Positions 15,976-24,953 of a stretch of 51,442 nucleotides of DNA are shown here, piece by piece. The position numbers and the translations under genes are program-made. The stretch comes from Candidatus Fraserbacteria bacterium (GTDB lineage Bacteria > Bipolaricaulota > Bipolaricaulia > RBG-16-55-9). The stretch spans positions 37,507 through 88,948 of the forward strand of contig JBBIOR010000002.1 in the NCBI GenBank assembly GCA_037443265.1. Direction: 5' to 3'. Position 1 is the stretch's first letter. Each line of letters opens with the position of its first letter. Below the pieces are notes generated by a model, which did no database searches, had not been told where the DNA came from, and saw only the letters and a list, made by a program, of their open reading frames with translations.

Positions 15976-17910
15976 TTACTCTGCCCGCCGGATCTCTTCC
16001 AACGCCTGCGGGTTTTCCAAATTCGACAGATCCCCAGGGTCCCCTCCCAGCGCGATCGCACGAATGGCCCGCCGTAAAATCTTGGCGTTGCGCGTCTTGG
16101 GAAGCTCTTTTACAAATTTGATCTGCTCAGGCATAAAAGATTTGCCCAGCTTTTCTGCGGCCAGCTGGCGTAGCTCCCGTCTGAGAGATTCGCTGGGCTC
16201 TCTTCCGGGCCGAAGCACCACGTAGCACCAGATCGCCTCGCCTTTGAGCTCATGAGGCACTCCGATGGCCGCGGACTCGGCCACCGCCGGGTGAGCCACA
16301 AGCACAGATTCCACTTCCGCCGGCCCCAAGCGCTTTCCGGCAATCTTGATGGTGTCATCGCTACGCCCCTGCAGGAACCAGAAGCCATCTTCGTCCACAT
16401 AGGCCCAGTCCCCGTGGGTCCAGACGCCCTCGAACCGCGACCAGTATGTTTCAAGATAGCGCTTTGGATCTTTCCAAAGGCCGCGCGTCATCCCCGGCCA
16501 AGGCCTCTTACAGACGAGTTCTCCTACTTGACCCCGGACAGGTCGGCCCTTCTCGTCGAAGACATCGACGTCCATCCCCAAGGCCGGGCCGCGCAGCGTG
16601 CAGGGCTTAAGCTCTGTGATCGGCAGTGGAGATAGAAAACACGCGCCTACTTCTGTGCCCCCGGAGAGATTGATGATCGGGCAGCGTCCGCCGCCCACGT
16701 TTTGAAAACACCACAGATAGGGATCTGGATTCCACGGCTCTCCCGTGGAGCCCAAGATCCTCAATGAACTAAGATCATGCTTTTTGAGAGGCTCCTCACC
16801 GTAGCGCATGAGCGCCCGGATGAGCGTGGGTGAAACTCCCAAGATCGAGATCGTGTGACGCTCGACCAGGGAAAAGAGCCGGTCCGGTCCGGGGTGATCG
16901 GGTGCGCCCTCGTAGAGAAAGATCGTGCCGCCCAAGGCCAGCCCGCCCACCACCTCCCACGGCCCCATGATCCAGCCCATGTCCGTCACCCAGTAGAGCA
17001 CGTCTCCCCCTTGGAGATCTGTCTGGTAGGCCACCTCCTCAGCGATCTTGACAAGAAAGCCTCCGTGCACGTGCACGGAGCCCTTGGGGCGGCCCGTCGT
17101 GCCAGACGTGTAAATGATCATGAAGGGGTCTTCGCTGTCCATGGGCTGCGAAGCGCATTTATCAGACTGCTTTGCGATGAGATCGTGCCACCAGAGATCA
17201 CGCCCTCTCACCCAGGGCACATCCAGTCCCAGGCGCTTGAGCACGATGAGATTCTTGATGCTAGGGCTTCGGGCGACGGCCTCATCGGCCACGGCTTTCA
17301 TCGCCACGGCGCGGCCCTTGCGCCAGAACCCATCGGCTGTGATGAGGAGCTTGGCTTGGCAGTCTTGGAGTCGAGTGGCCACCGCTTCCGCTCCAAAGCC
17401 CGAGAAGATGGGCACAAGAATGGCTCCAATCTTCGCAATCGCTAAGAAAGCGGCCACGATCTCCGGCACCATAGCCATGAAGATCCCAACGGCATCGCCC
17501 TTCTGAATGCCCAACTCTTTAAGCGCGTTGGCCAGACGATTCGTCTCGGCAGAAAGCTCCTCATAGGTGATCCGGCGGACGGCTCCCTCTTCGCCTTCCC
17601 AAGCGAGCGCATATTTTTTCTTGCTAGGCCCGCGGGCATGGCGATCGAGGCAGTTATGGGCGAGATTGATCTGGCCCCCGACAAACCACTTAGCCCAAGC
17701 CGCTCCCCGCGACTCATCGAGCACCCTCTTATAGGGCTCGAAGAACTCTAGGCCAAGATCTTTGACGACGGCGTCCCAGAACCACTCGATGTCTAAAGAG
17801 CGCTGAACGAGCTCTTCGTAGCTCTCAATCTGATGCCTCTTCATGAAACGCCTAATGTTGCTCTTCTCAGCCAACTCACGGGATGGGGCCCAGATGATCT
17901 CTCGCGTCAT
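15976..17910 (-). CDS. Acetate/short-chain acyl-CoA synthetase (AMP-forming)
   Basis: YTSGTTGRPKG, STGEPWNP, SGGTE, GRSDD, LPKTRNAKILRR. Confidence 0.9.
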   Translation of the reverse strand: MTREIIWAPSRELAEKSNIRRFMKRHQIESYEELVQRSLDIEWFWDAVVKDLGLEFFEPYKRVLDESRGAAWAKWFVGGQINLAHNCLDRHARGPSKKKYALAWEGEEGAVRRITYEELSAETNRLANALKELGIQKGDAVGIFMAMVPEIVAAFLAIAKIGAILVPIFSGFGAEAVATRLQDCQAKLLITADGFWRKGRAVAMKAVADEAVARSPSIKNLIVLKRLGLDVPWVRGRDLWWHDLIAKQSDKCASQPMDSEDPFMIIYTSGTTGRPKGSVHVHGGFLVKIAEEVAYQTDLQGGDVLYWVTDMGWIMGPWEVVGGLALGGTIFLYEGAPDHPGPDRLFSLVERHTISILGVSPTLIRALMRYGEEPLKKHDLSSLRILGSTGEPWNPDPYLWCFQNVGGGRCPIINLSGGTEVGACFLSPLPITELKPCTLRGPALGMDVDVFDEKGRPVRGQVGELVCKRPWPGMTRGLWKDPKRYLETYWSRFEGVWTHGDWAYVDEDGFWFLQGRSDDTIKIAGKRLGPAEVESVLVAHPAVAESAAIGVPHELKGEAIWCYVVLRPGREPSESLRRELRQLAAEKLGKSFMPEQIKFVKELPKTRNAKILRRAIRAIALGGDPGDLSNLENPQALEEIRRAE

Positions 17911-18064
17911 GGCATGGCTCCTTTCCCTTAGGTTTTACCATGTGGAGCTGGACCAGACAAGACGGGAGGACTTGTCTTCGTACCCGCCATTCGCTATGTA
18001 TAAAGAGCAATTCACTTGCATCCCACGAACTCATCTAAAAGCTGGAGATTGGGAGGGATGAGCT

Positions 18065-18262
18065 ATGAAGAAGGACAAAGTGTTGGAGCAAATCGATGGG
18101 CAGATCGCAAATGTCTCCTGGCTGGATACGGCCGATCTGGAAGCGGAACTGGAGGTCAGCTTCAACCAAGCCAAGCGCGAGCAGATTGCCGAGTGGATCC
18201 GCGAGTTCTCTCTGGATCAACTGCGCAAGCTGCGCGATTGGGTCAAGCAGCAAGAAGATTGA
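18065..18262 (+). CDS. Small hypothetical protein (65 aa)
   Basis: SD GGGAGG, amphipathic helical composition, fills the intergenic gap. Confidence 0.7.
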   Translation: MKKDKVLEQIDGQIANVSWLDTADLEAELEVSFNQAKREQIAEWIREFSLDQLRKLRDWVKQQED

Positions 18263-18275
18263 TGATTCCCGGATC

Positions 18276-18304
18276 TTGACGGGGTCTGCCTTTTGTGGTA
18301 CCCT
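18276..18304 (+). promoter_or_regulatory. Promoter of the cold-shock protein gene
   Basis: TTGACG-17-TACCCT with extended TG. Confidence 0.6.
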
Positions 18305-18313
18305 GAGGCTGAG

Positions 18314-18423
18314 ATCAGCTTGCGCAAGCGGCCCAGCTTGTGCGACTGATTAGACGCTATGGCTGGTCTAGACGATGATTTGCAGGTGTTGGGAATCTCC
18401 CTGTCACACCGCGCAAGTCGTTG
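18314..18423 (+). promoter_or_regulatory. Structured 5' UTR of the csp gene (three tandem hairpins)
   Basis: Hand-paired stems at 18314-18350, 18351-18370 and 18373-18423, with G-U pairs consistent with + strand RNA. Confidence 0.55.
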
Positions 18424-18472
18424 GACGCAAGACAGTCAAATCTTGAGCGGAAAGGCAGGGTAGATTCTCCAG

Positions 18473-18679
18473 ATGGCCACAGGAACCGTCAAGTGGTTCA
18501 ACGACGCTAAGGGCTATGGCTTCATCCAGCAGGACAACGGTGGCCCGGACGTCTTTGTGCACTTCTCCGCCATCAAGGGAGAGGGGTACAAGACCCTGCG
18601 CGAGGGCCAGGCCGTCGAGTTCGACATCGAAAAAGACGCCAAGGGCCTGCGCGCGGCCAACGTGGTTGTGAAACCGTAA
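18473..18679 (+). CDS. Cold-shock protein (CspA family)
   Basis: [15 protein letters not shown] (RNP1), DVFVHFSAI (RNP2). Confidence 0.97.
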   Translation: MATGTVKWFNDAKGYGFIQQDNGGPDVFVHFSAIKGEGYKTLREGQAVEFDIEKDAKGLRAANVVVKP

Positions 18680-18722
18680 CAGAACAGAACAGACAGACCG
18701 CCGAGCTGTTGAATCCACCCTT

Positions 18723-18762
18723 GAGACATGCCCCGGTTTCCTGCAAGCCGGGGCGTGTTTTT
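18723..18762 (+). terminator. Intrinsic terminator after csp, possibly bidirectional
   Basis: GAGACATGCCCCGGTTT-CCTGC-AAGCCGGGGCGTGTTTTT. Confidence 0.75.
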
Positions 18763-19927
18763 ATCGAAACGCCTCAATCCCCGTGATGTCCTGTCCCAGG
18801 ATGAGCGTGTGGATGTGATCCGTCCCCTCATAGGTGGAGACGGTCTCCAGATTCGTCAGGTGGCGCATGGCTTGATAGTCGAGGGTGATGCCGTTCGCGC
18901 CTAAAAGATCTCGAGCCTGGCGGGCCACATCCAGAGCCATTCGGCAATTATTCCGCTTGGCCAGTGAGATCTGCGTGTGCTGGACTGTGCCTTGATCTTT
19001 GAGCTGCCCCAGACGAAAGCAGAGCAGTTGAGCCTTGGTGATCTCTGTCAGCATATCGACGAGCTTCTCTTGCACCAGCTGAAAGGACGCGATGGGTCTT
19101 CCAAACTGGGTGCGCTCCAGGCAATAATGGAGGGCTTCCTCGTAGCAGGCCATGGCCGCGCCCACCACACCCCAGGCGATCCCATAGCGGGCTTGATTGA
19201 GGCACATGAGCGGGGCTTTTAAGCCCTGAGCATTGGGGAGCATGTTCTCCTTGGGGATGCGGCAGTCATTCAGATATATTTCGCCCGTATGCGAGGCGCG
19301 CATCGAGCACTTTCCTTCAATGGTGCCCGTAGAGAATCCGGAAGTCCCACGCTCCACCAAGAAACCGCGAATCTCGTCGTCCAGTCTGGCCCAGATGAGG
19401 GCCACATGGCACACATCCGCATTGGTGATCCAAGTCTTGACGCCGTTTAGAACATAAAAATTTCGATCTTTGGTGGCGGTGGTCTCCATGCCAGCCGGAT
19501 CGGAGCCGTGCTCGGGTTCGGTCAGCCCGAAGCAGCCGATGAGCTCGCCTCTGGCCATGGCCGGAAGATATTTCTCTTTCTGCTCTTCTGACCCAAAGGT
19601 GTAGATGGGATACATCACGAGCGCGCCCTGCACGGAGGCCATGCTGCGCAGGCCCGAATCCCCCCGTTCCAGCTCCTGCATCATCAGCCCATAGGAAATG
19701 TTATCGATGCCAGCGCATCCGTAGCCCTTAAGATTGGCCCCGAAGAAGCCTAGCTCAGCCATCTGGGGGATGAGCTCATCGGGGAAGCGATGCTTTTCGT
19801 AGCACTCTGCGATGATGGGTATCACCCTCTCGTCCACAAAGGCGCGCACGGTCCGGCGAATGCGCTTCTGCTCCTCGGTGAGCAGCTCATCCAGGCCGTA
19901 ATAGTCAACCCCCTGGAAGCCTCTCAA
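18761..19927 (-). CDS. gcdH: Acyl-CoA dehydrogenase, glutaryl-CoA dehydrogenase type
   Basis: ELERGDSGLRS, GCFGLTEPEHGSDP, KTWITN, CLNQARYGIAWG, TYEGTDHIH; TTG 19927 follows SD GGAGGTG (the track uses GTG 19936). Confidence 0.85.
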   Translation of the reverse strand: MRGFQGVDYYGLDELLTEEQKRIRRTVRAFVDERVIPIIAECYEKHRFPDELIPQMAELGFFGANLKGYGCAGIDNISYGLMMQELERGDSGLRSMASVQGALVMYPIYTFGSEEQKEKYLPAMARGELIGCFGLTEPEHGSDPAGMETTATKDRNFYVLNGVKTWITNADVCHVALIWARLDDEIRGFLVERGTSGFSTGTIEGKCSMRASHTGEIYLNDCRIPKENMLPNAQGLKAPLMCLNQARYGIAWGVVGAAMACYEEALHYCLERTQFGRPIASFQLVQEKLVDMLTEITKAQLLCFRLGQLKDQGTVQHTQISLAKRNNCRMALDVARQARDLLGANGITLDYQAMRHLTNLETVSTYEGTDHIHTLILGQDITGIEAFR

Positions 19928-19986
19928 TGGAGACACCTCCGAAGTAAGCTCATGGTAGCAAAAACGCCCGGCTTTTCCAAAGTGGC

Positions 19987-20307
19987 CTAGCGCTGAGTCT
20001 CAGCTTTGAGCCACTGCAGATACGCTGAATCTCCTTCGAGGATGGGCAGGGCCAGGATCTCCGGCACGTGGTAGGGATGGAGGGAACGAATCGTCTCCTC
20101 AATTTTGGAATAGAGTTCGCGGAGGCTCTTGATCAGCATGAGACACTCCTGGGTCTTTTCGATCTTCCCCTGCCACCAGTAGAGGCTCTGGATGGGACCC
20201 CATATTTGAACACAGGCGGCCAGTCGATTCTCTAGGAGTGCCTTCGCAATGGCCTGTGCGGCCTCCGGCCTGTCCACCGCGGTGAGAACTTGGATGAATT
20301 CGCTCAT
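19987..20307 (-). CDS. cutA: Divalent-cation tolerance protein CutA
   Basis: LLENRLAACVQ, SLYWWQG, LHPYHVPEI, YLQWL. Confidence 0.93.
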   Translation of the reverse strand: MSEFIQVLTAVDRPEAAQAIAKALLENRLAACVQIWGPIQSLYWWQGKIEKTQECLMLIKSLRELYSKIEETIRSLHPYHVPEILALPILEGDSAYLQWLKAETQR

Positions 20308-20317
20308 GCTCAGGCCC

Positions 20318-20370
20318 ATTGTCTGCCAAGGCCCTTGAGCTTGTCAAGGCTGGGCTCCTGGGAGTAGGGT
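20318..20370. promoter_or_regulatory. Divergent promoters for cutA and the DUF402 gene with overlapping -35 boxes
   Basis: Minus TTGACA (20342-20347)-18-GACAAT; plus TTGTCA (20341-20346)-18-TAGGGT. Confidence 0.45.
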
Positions 20371-20379
20371 TGGGAGGCC

Positions 20380-20868
20380 ATGAAGCAGATCACAGAGATC
20401 AAGCATCATCTCGATGGGCGAATTGAACACTTTATCTGTGAGGTTGTCGAGCTTGAATCCGATCGAGCCATCCTGCGTTATAAGGGGCACCGTGATCATC
20501 CGCTGCGGGATGGACCGCTCTATCTGCCGGCGGGCGAGATCGTCACTTGGGCCTTCTATTGGGAGGGTAGAAATTATTTGATCTACAAGCTCATCTCCTC
20601 CGCCGGCCTGCTCTATGGGCATCGCTTCGATATCTGCGCAGACGTCTGCATCACCCAAGAGACGATCCATTGGAGAGATCTCGTACTCGATCTTTGGGTC
20701 GATCCATCTGAGCAGATCTACGTGCTCGACGAGGAGGAAGTAGCAGAGTACAAAGCCCGCGGCTTATTCACGAAGAAACAGCTCGGCGTGATCGAAGAGA
20801 CGAAGCGCCACTTATTAGAAAATTATCGGGAGATCCTGGCGGAAATCGAGGGAGCTCACGCTTCGTAG
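20380..20868 (+). CDS. DUF402 family protein
   Basis: WRDLVLDLWVDP...VLDEEE acidic motif; SD GGGAGG. Confidence 0.75.
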   Translation: MKQITEIKHHLDGRIEHFICEVVELESDRAILRYKGHRDHPLRDGPLYLPAGEIVTWAFYWEGRNYLIYKLISSAGLLYGHRFDICADVCITQETIHWRDLVLDLWVDPSEQIYVLDEEEVAEYKARGLFTKKQLGVIEETKRHLLENYREILAEIEGAHAS

Positions 20869-21899
20869 CAGGCCACCCAATGAGCGCGCTCTTTCTCCTC
20901 CAGCGGCGGGTGATTGTGGATGCGGCAGTGGTCTGTGGCGATGGGACAGCGGTTGTAGAAGCGGCAGCGTGGCTCAGGGTCAATCGGCCGGGGCACACCC
21001 CCCTTAAGCTCAAGGGATGGGCGCTTCACCCGAGGGTCGGGCACAGGGACTGCTGAGATGAGCGCTTTCGTGTAGGGATGCAGAGGGTTTTGAATGACGG
21101 CCTCCGTGGGACCCAGCTCCACAATCTTGCCCAGGTACATGACGGCAATGCGATCGCACATGTAGCGGGCCACAGCCAGATCGTGCGTGATGTAGAGATA
21201 GCTGATGTTGAACTCCTCCCGGAGGCTGAGCATCAGGTTCATGATCCCGGCTCGGATCGAGACGTCGAGCATCGAGGTGGGCTCATCGGCCACGATGAAG
21301 CTGGGGTTGATGATCATGGCCCGGGCGATAGCCACGCGCTGTCTTTGGCCTCCCGAAAGCTCATGAGGGTATCGGAATAGAAAGCTCTCGGGCGGGCTTA
21401 AGCCCACCCGCTTGAGCATCTCGGCCCCTTGGCCCTCCTGCTCGAGAGGATCCCCGATCTTCTGGACCCTGAGAGGCTCGGTGATGATCTCCAAGACCGT
21501 CATTCGGGGATTGAGGGATTCGTAGGGGTCTTGGAAGATCATCTGGGCGTGGCGGCGGAACTCTTTGAGCGCTCGGCGGCCCCGCAGATGGGTCAATGGC
21601 ACGAAGCCATCCGCATCTCGCGGCAGTGGGAGATCTTGCGGTGTGCGCTCCAGGCGAAAGGAGATCCGGCCGCGCGTCGGCTCTAAGAGCTTGAGCAGGA
21701 GTTTTCCGGTGGTGGTCTTGCCGCAGCCGCTCTCGCCCACCAGGCCGAAGATCTCACCCTGCTGGATCTGGAAGCTCACCTCATCGACGGCATGGACGAA
21801 GTGGCGCGCCCGTCGCAGCCAGCCGCGGGCCACCGGAAAGAGCCTCGCCAGGCGCTCGACGCGCACAAGCACGTTCTTCGCGGTCATAGCGGATGCCAA
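20856..21899 (-). CDS. Oligopeptide/dipeptide ABC transporter ATPase (OppF-like)
   Basis: GESGCGKT, LSGGQRQR, DEPT, HPYT, CRFYNRCP...VAC. Confidence 0.93.
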   Translation of the reverse strand: MASAMTAKNVLVRVERLARLFPVARGWLRRARHFVHAVDEVSFQIQQGEIFGLVGESGCGKTTTGKLLLKLLEPTRGRISFRLERTPQDLPLPRDADGFVPLTHLRGRRALKEFRRHAQMIFQDPYESLNPRMTVLEIITEPLRVQKIGDPLEQEGQGAEMLKRVGLSPPESFLFRYPHELSGGQRQRVAIARAMIINPSFIVADEPTSMLDVSIRAGIMNLMLSLREEFNISYLYITHDLAVARYMCDRIAVMYLGKIVELGPTEAVIQNPLHPYTKALISAVPVPDPRVKRPSLELKGGVPRPIDPEPRCRFYNRCPIATDHCRIHNHPPLEEKERAHWVACYEA

Positions 21900-22858
21900 C
21901 AGGCTGCCTGCCCTCCGTCTCGATGGGGTTCTAAGGGCGGCTCTTCGCGCTGGCAGACGGCGGTGGCGTACGGACAGCGCGGATGGAAGCGGCAGCCTGG
22001 AGGCGGATGCAAGAGATCCGGGGGCTCACCCGGCAGCGATTTTAGGCGCCGCTTCTCCCCGTGAATGGAGGGAAAGGCTGAAAGCAGCGCTTCCGTGTAG
22101 GGATGGACGGGGCTTGTAAAAATCTCTTCGGCCGGGCCAAGCTCCACCAGCTTGCCCGCGTACATCACGCCGATGGTATCGGCCACTTCGGCGATCACGG
22201 CCATGTCATGCGAGATGTAGATCATGCTCACGCCCGTCTCTTTCTGGATGCGGCGCATCTCCCGGAGGATCTTGTCCTGGACGATCACGTCCAGGGCGGT
22301 GGTCGGCTCGTCGGCGATGACGATCTTCGGGTCACAGGCCAGCGCCATGGCGATCACGGCCCGCTGCTTCATGCCACCGCTGTACTCGTGCGGAAAACGA
22401 TCCAGCCGCTCCGGGTCGAGCCCGACGAGCTCAAAGAGTTGGGCCACCTTGGCGCGGGCCTGCCGCTCGCTGGCCTGAGGGTTGTGGGTGAGGATCGCTT
22501 CGATGATCTGATCTCCCACGCGATAGACGGGATTAAGAGAGTTCATCGCTCCCTGGAAGATCATCGAGATCCCCTTCCAACGGATCTGGCGCATCTCCTC
22601 CTCCGGCAACTCCAGCAGATCCCGCCCCGCAAAGAGAATCCGGCCCCGCTTGGCCAGAGCGTTCTCCGGGAGCAAGCGCAGCAGAGCCAGCGCAATCGAG
22701 GTCTTGCCGCAGCCGCTCTCGCCCACGAGTCCAAGCGCCTCCCCCGGCTCCAGAGTGAACGAGACACCGTCGATGGCGTGGACCTCGCCCTGGCGGGTCT
22801 GGTAGTGGACGGTCAGGCCGCAAACCTCAAGGAGCGCCATCCGAGCGGAGGGGCTCAC
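21884..22858 (-). CDS. Oligopeptide/dipeptide ABC transporter ATPase (OppD-like)
   Basis: GESGCGKT, YSGGMKQR, DEPTTALD, GCRFHPRC. Confidence 0.93.
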   Translation of the reverse strand: MSPSARMALLEVCGLTVHYQTRQGEVHAIDGVSFTLEPGEALGLVGESGCGKTSIALALLRLLPENALAKRGRILFAGRDLLELPEEEMRQIRWKGISMIFQGAMNSLNPVYRVGDQIIEAILTHNPQASERQARAKVAQLFELVGLDPERLDRFPHEYSGGMKQRAVIAMALACDPKIVIADEPTTALDVIVQDKILREMRRIQKETGVSMIYISHDMAVIAEVADTIGVMYAGKLVELGPAEEIFTSPVHPYTEALLSAFPSIHGEKRRLKSLPGEPPDLLHPPPGCRFHPRCPYATAVCQREEPPLEPHRDGGQAACWHPL

Positions 22859-23802
22859 CTCTTGCGGAGCCTGGGGTTGACGATCTCATCGAGCCCGCGG
22901 CCGACCAGATAGAAGGCGGCGCAGAGCATCGTGATGGCCAGCCCCGGCGGGATGTAGAGCCACCACTGGACGAAGGGAGAGGCCCCATAATCACGGGCCC
23001 GGTAGATCATGATGCCCCAGCTCATGCGGATGTTGAGCAATCCGAAGAAGCTGAGCACCGCCTCGGAGAAGATGGCCCCCGTCACGTTGAACATCATGTA
23101 GAGGAACGAAAGAGGTAGGACGTTGGGGATGATGTGCCGGGCGATGATGTGCCAGTCGGACCCTCCGGCAACCTTAGCGGCTTCCACAAAGGGCTTGACT
23201 TTCACCTGCAGCGCTTGGGCCTTGAGGATGATGGTGATGCCGCCAAAGCCGCCCAACAACCCCAAGATGAGAGCCAGAAGGAGCAGATCCGGCTTGACGA
23301 AGGCACTGATGACGATCAAGAAGGCGATCAAGGGGAAAAGCAGCAGCACGTCCGCCAATCTCATGAAGAAGGTGTCGATCCAGCCGCCATAGTAGGCCGA
23401 GACGGTCCCCACGATCGTCCCGATGAGCACCGTGATGAAGGCCGCCAAGATCCCTAAGAGGAACTCGCTGCCGGTGGAGTACATGAGCTGGCTGAGCACG
23501 TCGAGCCCGGTCGGGTCCGTGCCCAAGGGATGTGCCCATGAGGGAGGGGAGGGGTGTACGACTCCCGGCTCATAGGCATACCGGCGGATCGGATCATAGA
23601 CCTTGGGGTCCCAGAGGGTGGACATCAGGATGGGATGCAGGATCGCCAACAGGGCGAAGAAGAGAATAATCGCTAACCCCACAAGTCCGATCTTGCTTGC
23701 GCAGAAGATCTCCCAGTTGGCGCGGAGCGAGCGCTTGGCGAGCTTGAGCCTAAGCCGCCAGCGCGCAAGAGGGGCCGGGATGGCTTCCATGACTTTACTC
23801 AT
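22855..23802 (-). CDS. Peptide ABC transporter permease (OppC-like)
   Basis: HPLGTD, FVEAAKVAG (EAA motif), EAVLSFFG, NPRLR. Confidence 0.92.
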   Translation of the reverse strand: MSKVMEAIPAPLARWRLRLKLAKRSLRANWEIFCASKIGLVGLAIILFFALLAILHPILMSTLWDPKVYDPIRRYAYEPGVVHPSPPSWAHPLGTDPTGLDVLSQLMYSTGSEFLLGILAAFITVLIGTIVGTVSAYYGGWIDTFFMRLADVLLLFPLIAFLIVISAFVKPDLLLLALILGLLGGFGGITIILKAQALQVKVKPFVEAAKVAGGSDWHIIARHIIPNVLPLSFLYMMFNVTGAIFSEAVLSFFGLLNIRMSWGIMIYRARDYGASPFVQWWLYIPPGLAITMLCAAFYLVGRGLDEIVNPRLRKR

Positions 23803-24943
23803 ACTGGATCCTCGGGTCCAGATACGCGTAGAGGATGTCGGCCACCAAATGGGCGATCAGCGCAAAGACTCCGGTGAAGACGAAGGCCCCTACGGCCAGA
23901 GGGTAGTCGTTGCCCTGCACTGAGGTGAGCAGGGTCAACCCGATTCCCGGCCAGCTGAAGAGCGTCTCGGTGATGATACCGCCGTTGAAGACGAATCCGA
24001 TGCTGAGCACAAAGCTGGTCATGACCGGCAAGAGCGCCGTTCTGGCCGCGTGCTTGTCGCGCACCACGCGCTCGGGAAGTCCCTTGGCACGAGCCGCCAG
24101 CACATAATCCTCGCGGACGGTCTCCAGCATCGAGTCGCGCATCAAAAGCATCGTGCCCCCAAAGCTGATCAGGGTCACCGTGAGCACCGGCAGCACCATG
24201 TGCCAGGCGATGTCCCAGGCGAGATATCCCAGCCCGGTCTCTTTCCACCAGAGGGCGGATGCGCCCAGGCTGAGGGCCAAAGCCACCAGATAGCCCAGGG
24301 GCCGCAGTCGGGGCCGGAGCGCGCGCATCATATAATGCGCGGCCACAAGCCACAGGGCCAGAAGGACCATGTTCACAATCATGTAATTGAATACGGTGTT
24401 CGAGCTGATCGGGACCTGGCGCCAGAGGTCATGGTCTACGAAGGAGTTGAGCGGGAACCATCCCAGGCTGAAGGCGAAGACCCAGATGAGAATGAGCGCC
24501 AATAGCGGGGTGAAGGCCGTGTAGAAGGTGATGCCCGTAAGCGTAGCCATGTATTCTATGAGCCGTCCCCGCTTCCAGGCGATGATCTTGCCCAAGAGGA
24601 AACCGATGTAGAACGAGAGCAGCGTCGCGGTCAAAAAGAGCACGACGGTCCTGGGCAGTCGCTCCAGAATGATATCCCAAACCGGCCGCCGCTCCTGGAA
24701 GGAGACCCCCAGGTTGCCCGTAAAGAAATTCTTCAAATAGGTGAAGAATTGGCCGAGAAGCCCTTGATCTAGGCCGAGCTGCCGGCGGATGGCCTCCTGC
24801 TGCTCCGGCGTGAAATGCGGGTTGAGCACATAGTAGGTGGTGATGTCCCCCGGCAGGGCCTGCATGAGGAAGAAGACCAGTGCCAGATACAGAAAGAGCG
24901 TGACCAGAATCTGCAGACTGCGGTGGGCCATGTACTTGAGCAT
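23795..24943 (-). CDS. Peptide ABC transporter permease (OppB-like)
   Basis: LPGD, GNLGVSF, DYVLAARAKGL, ETLFSWPGIG, LDPRI. Confidence 0.92.
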   Translation of the reverse strand: MLKYMAHRSLQILVTLFLYLALVFFLMQALPGDITTYYVLNPHFTPEQQEAIRRQLGLDQGLLGQFFTYLKNFFTGNLGVSFQERRPVWDIILERLPRTVVLFLTATLLSFYIGFLLGKIIAWKRGRLIEYMATLTGITFYTAFTPLLALILIWVFAFSLGWFPLNSFVDHDLWRQVPISSNTVFNYMIVNMVLLALWLVAAHYMMRALRPRLRPLGYLVALALSLGASALWWKETGLGYLAWDIAWHMVLPVLTVTLISFGGTMLLMRDSMLETVREDYVLAARAKGLPERVVRDKHAARTALLPVMTSFVLSIGFVFNGGIITETLFSWPGIGLTLLTSVQGNDYPLAVGAFVFTGVFALIAHLVADILYAYLDPRIQYE

Positions 24944-24953
24944 CTCGGGGATA

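Noticed and set aside
18678..18698. AACAG-AACAG-AACAG-ACAG repeat after the csp stop
   Set aside because: Too short and without spacers; neither CRISPR nor a convincing contingency locus
22103..22912. Long antisense ORFs (also 24837-25655, 38669-39475, 39479-40132, 13912-14565, 47772-48362)
   Set aside because: They are shadow frames opposite well-supported genes in GC-rich DNA, with no motifs or SD
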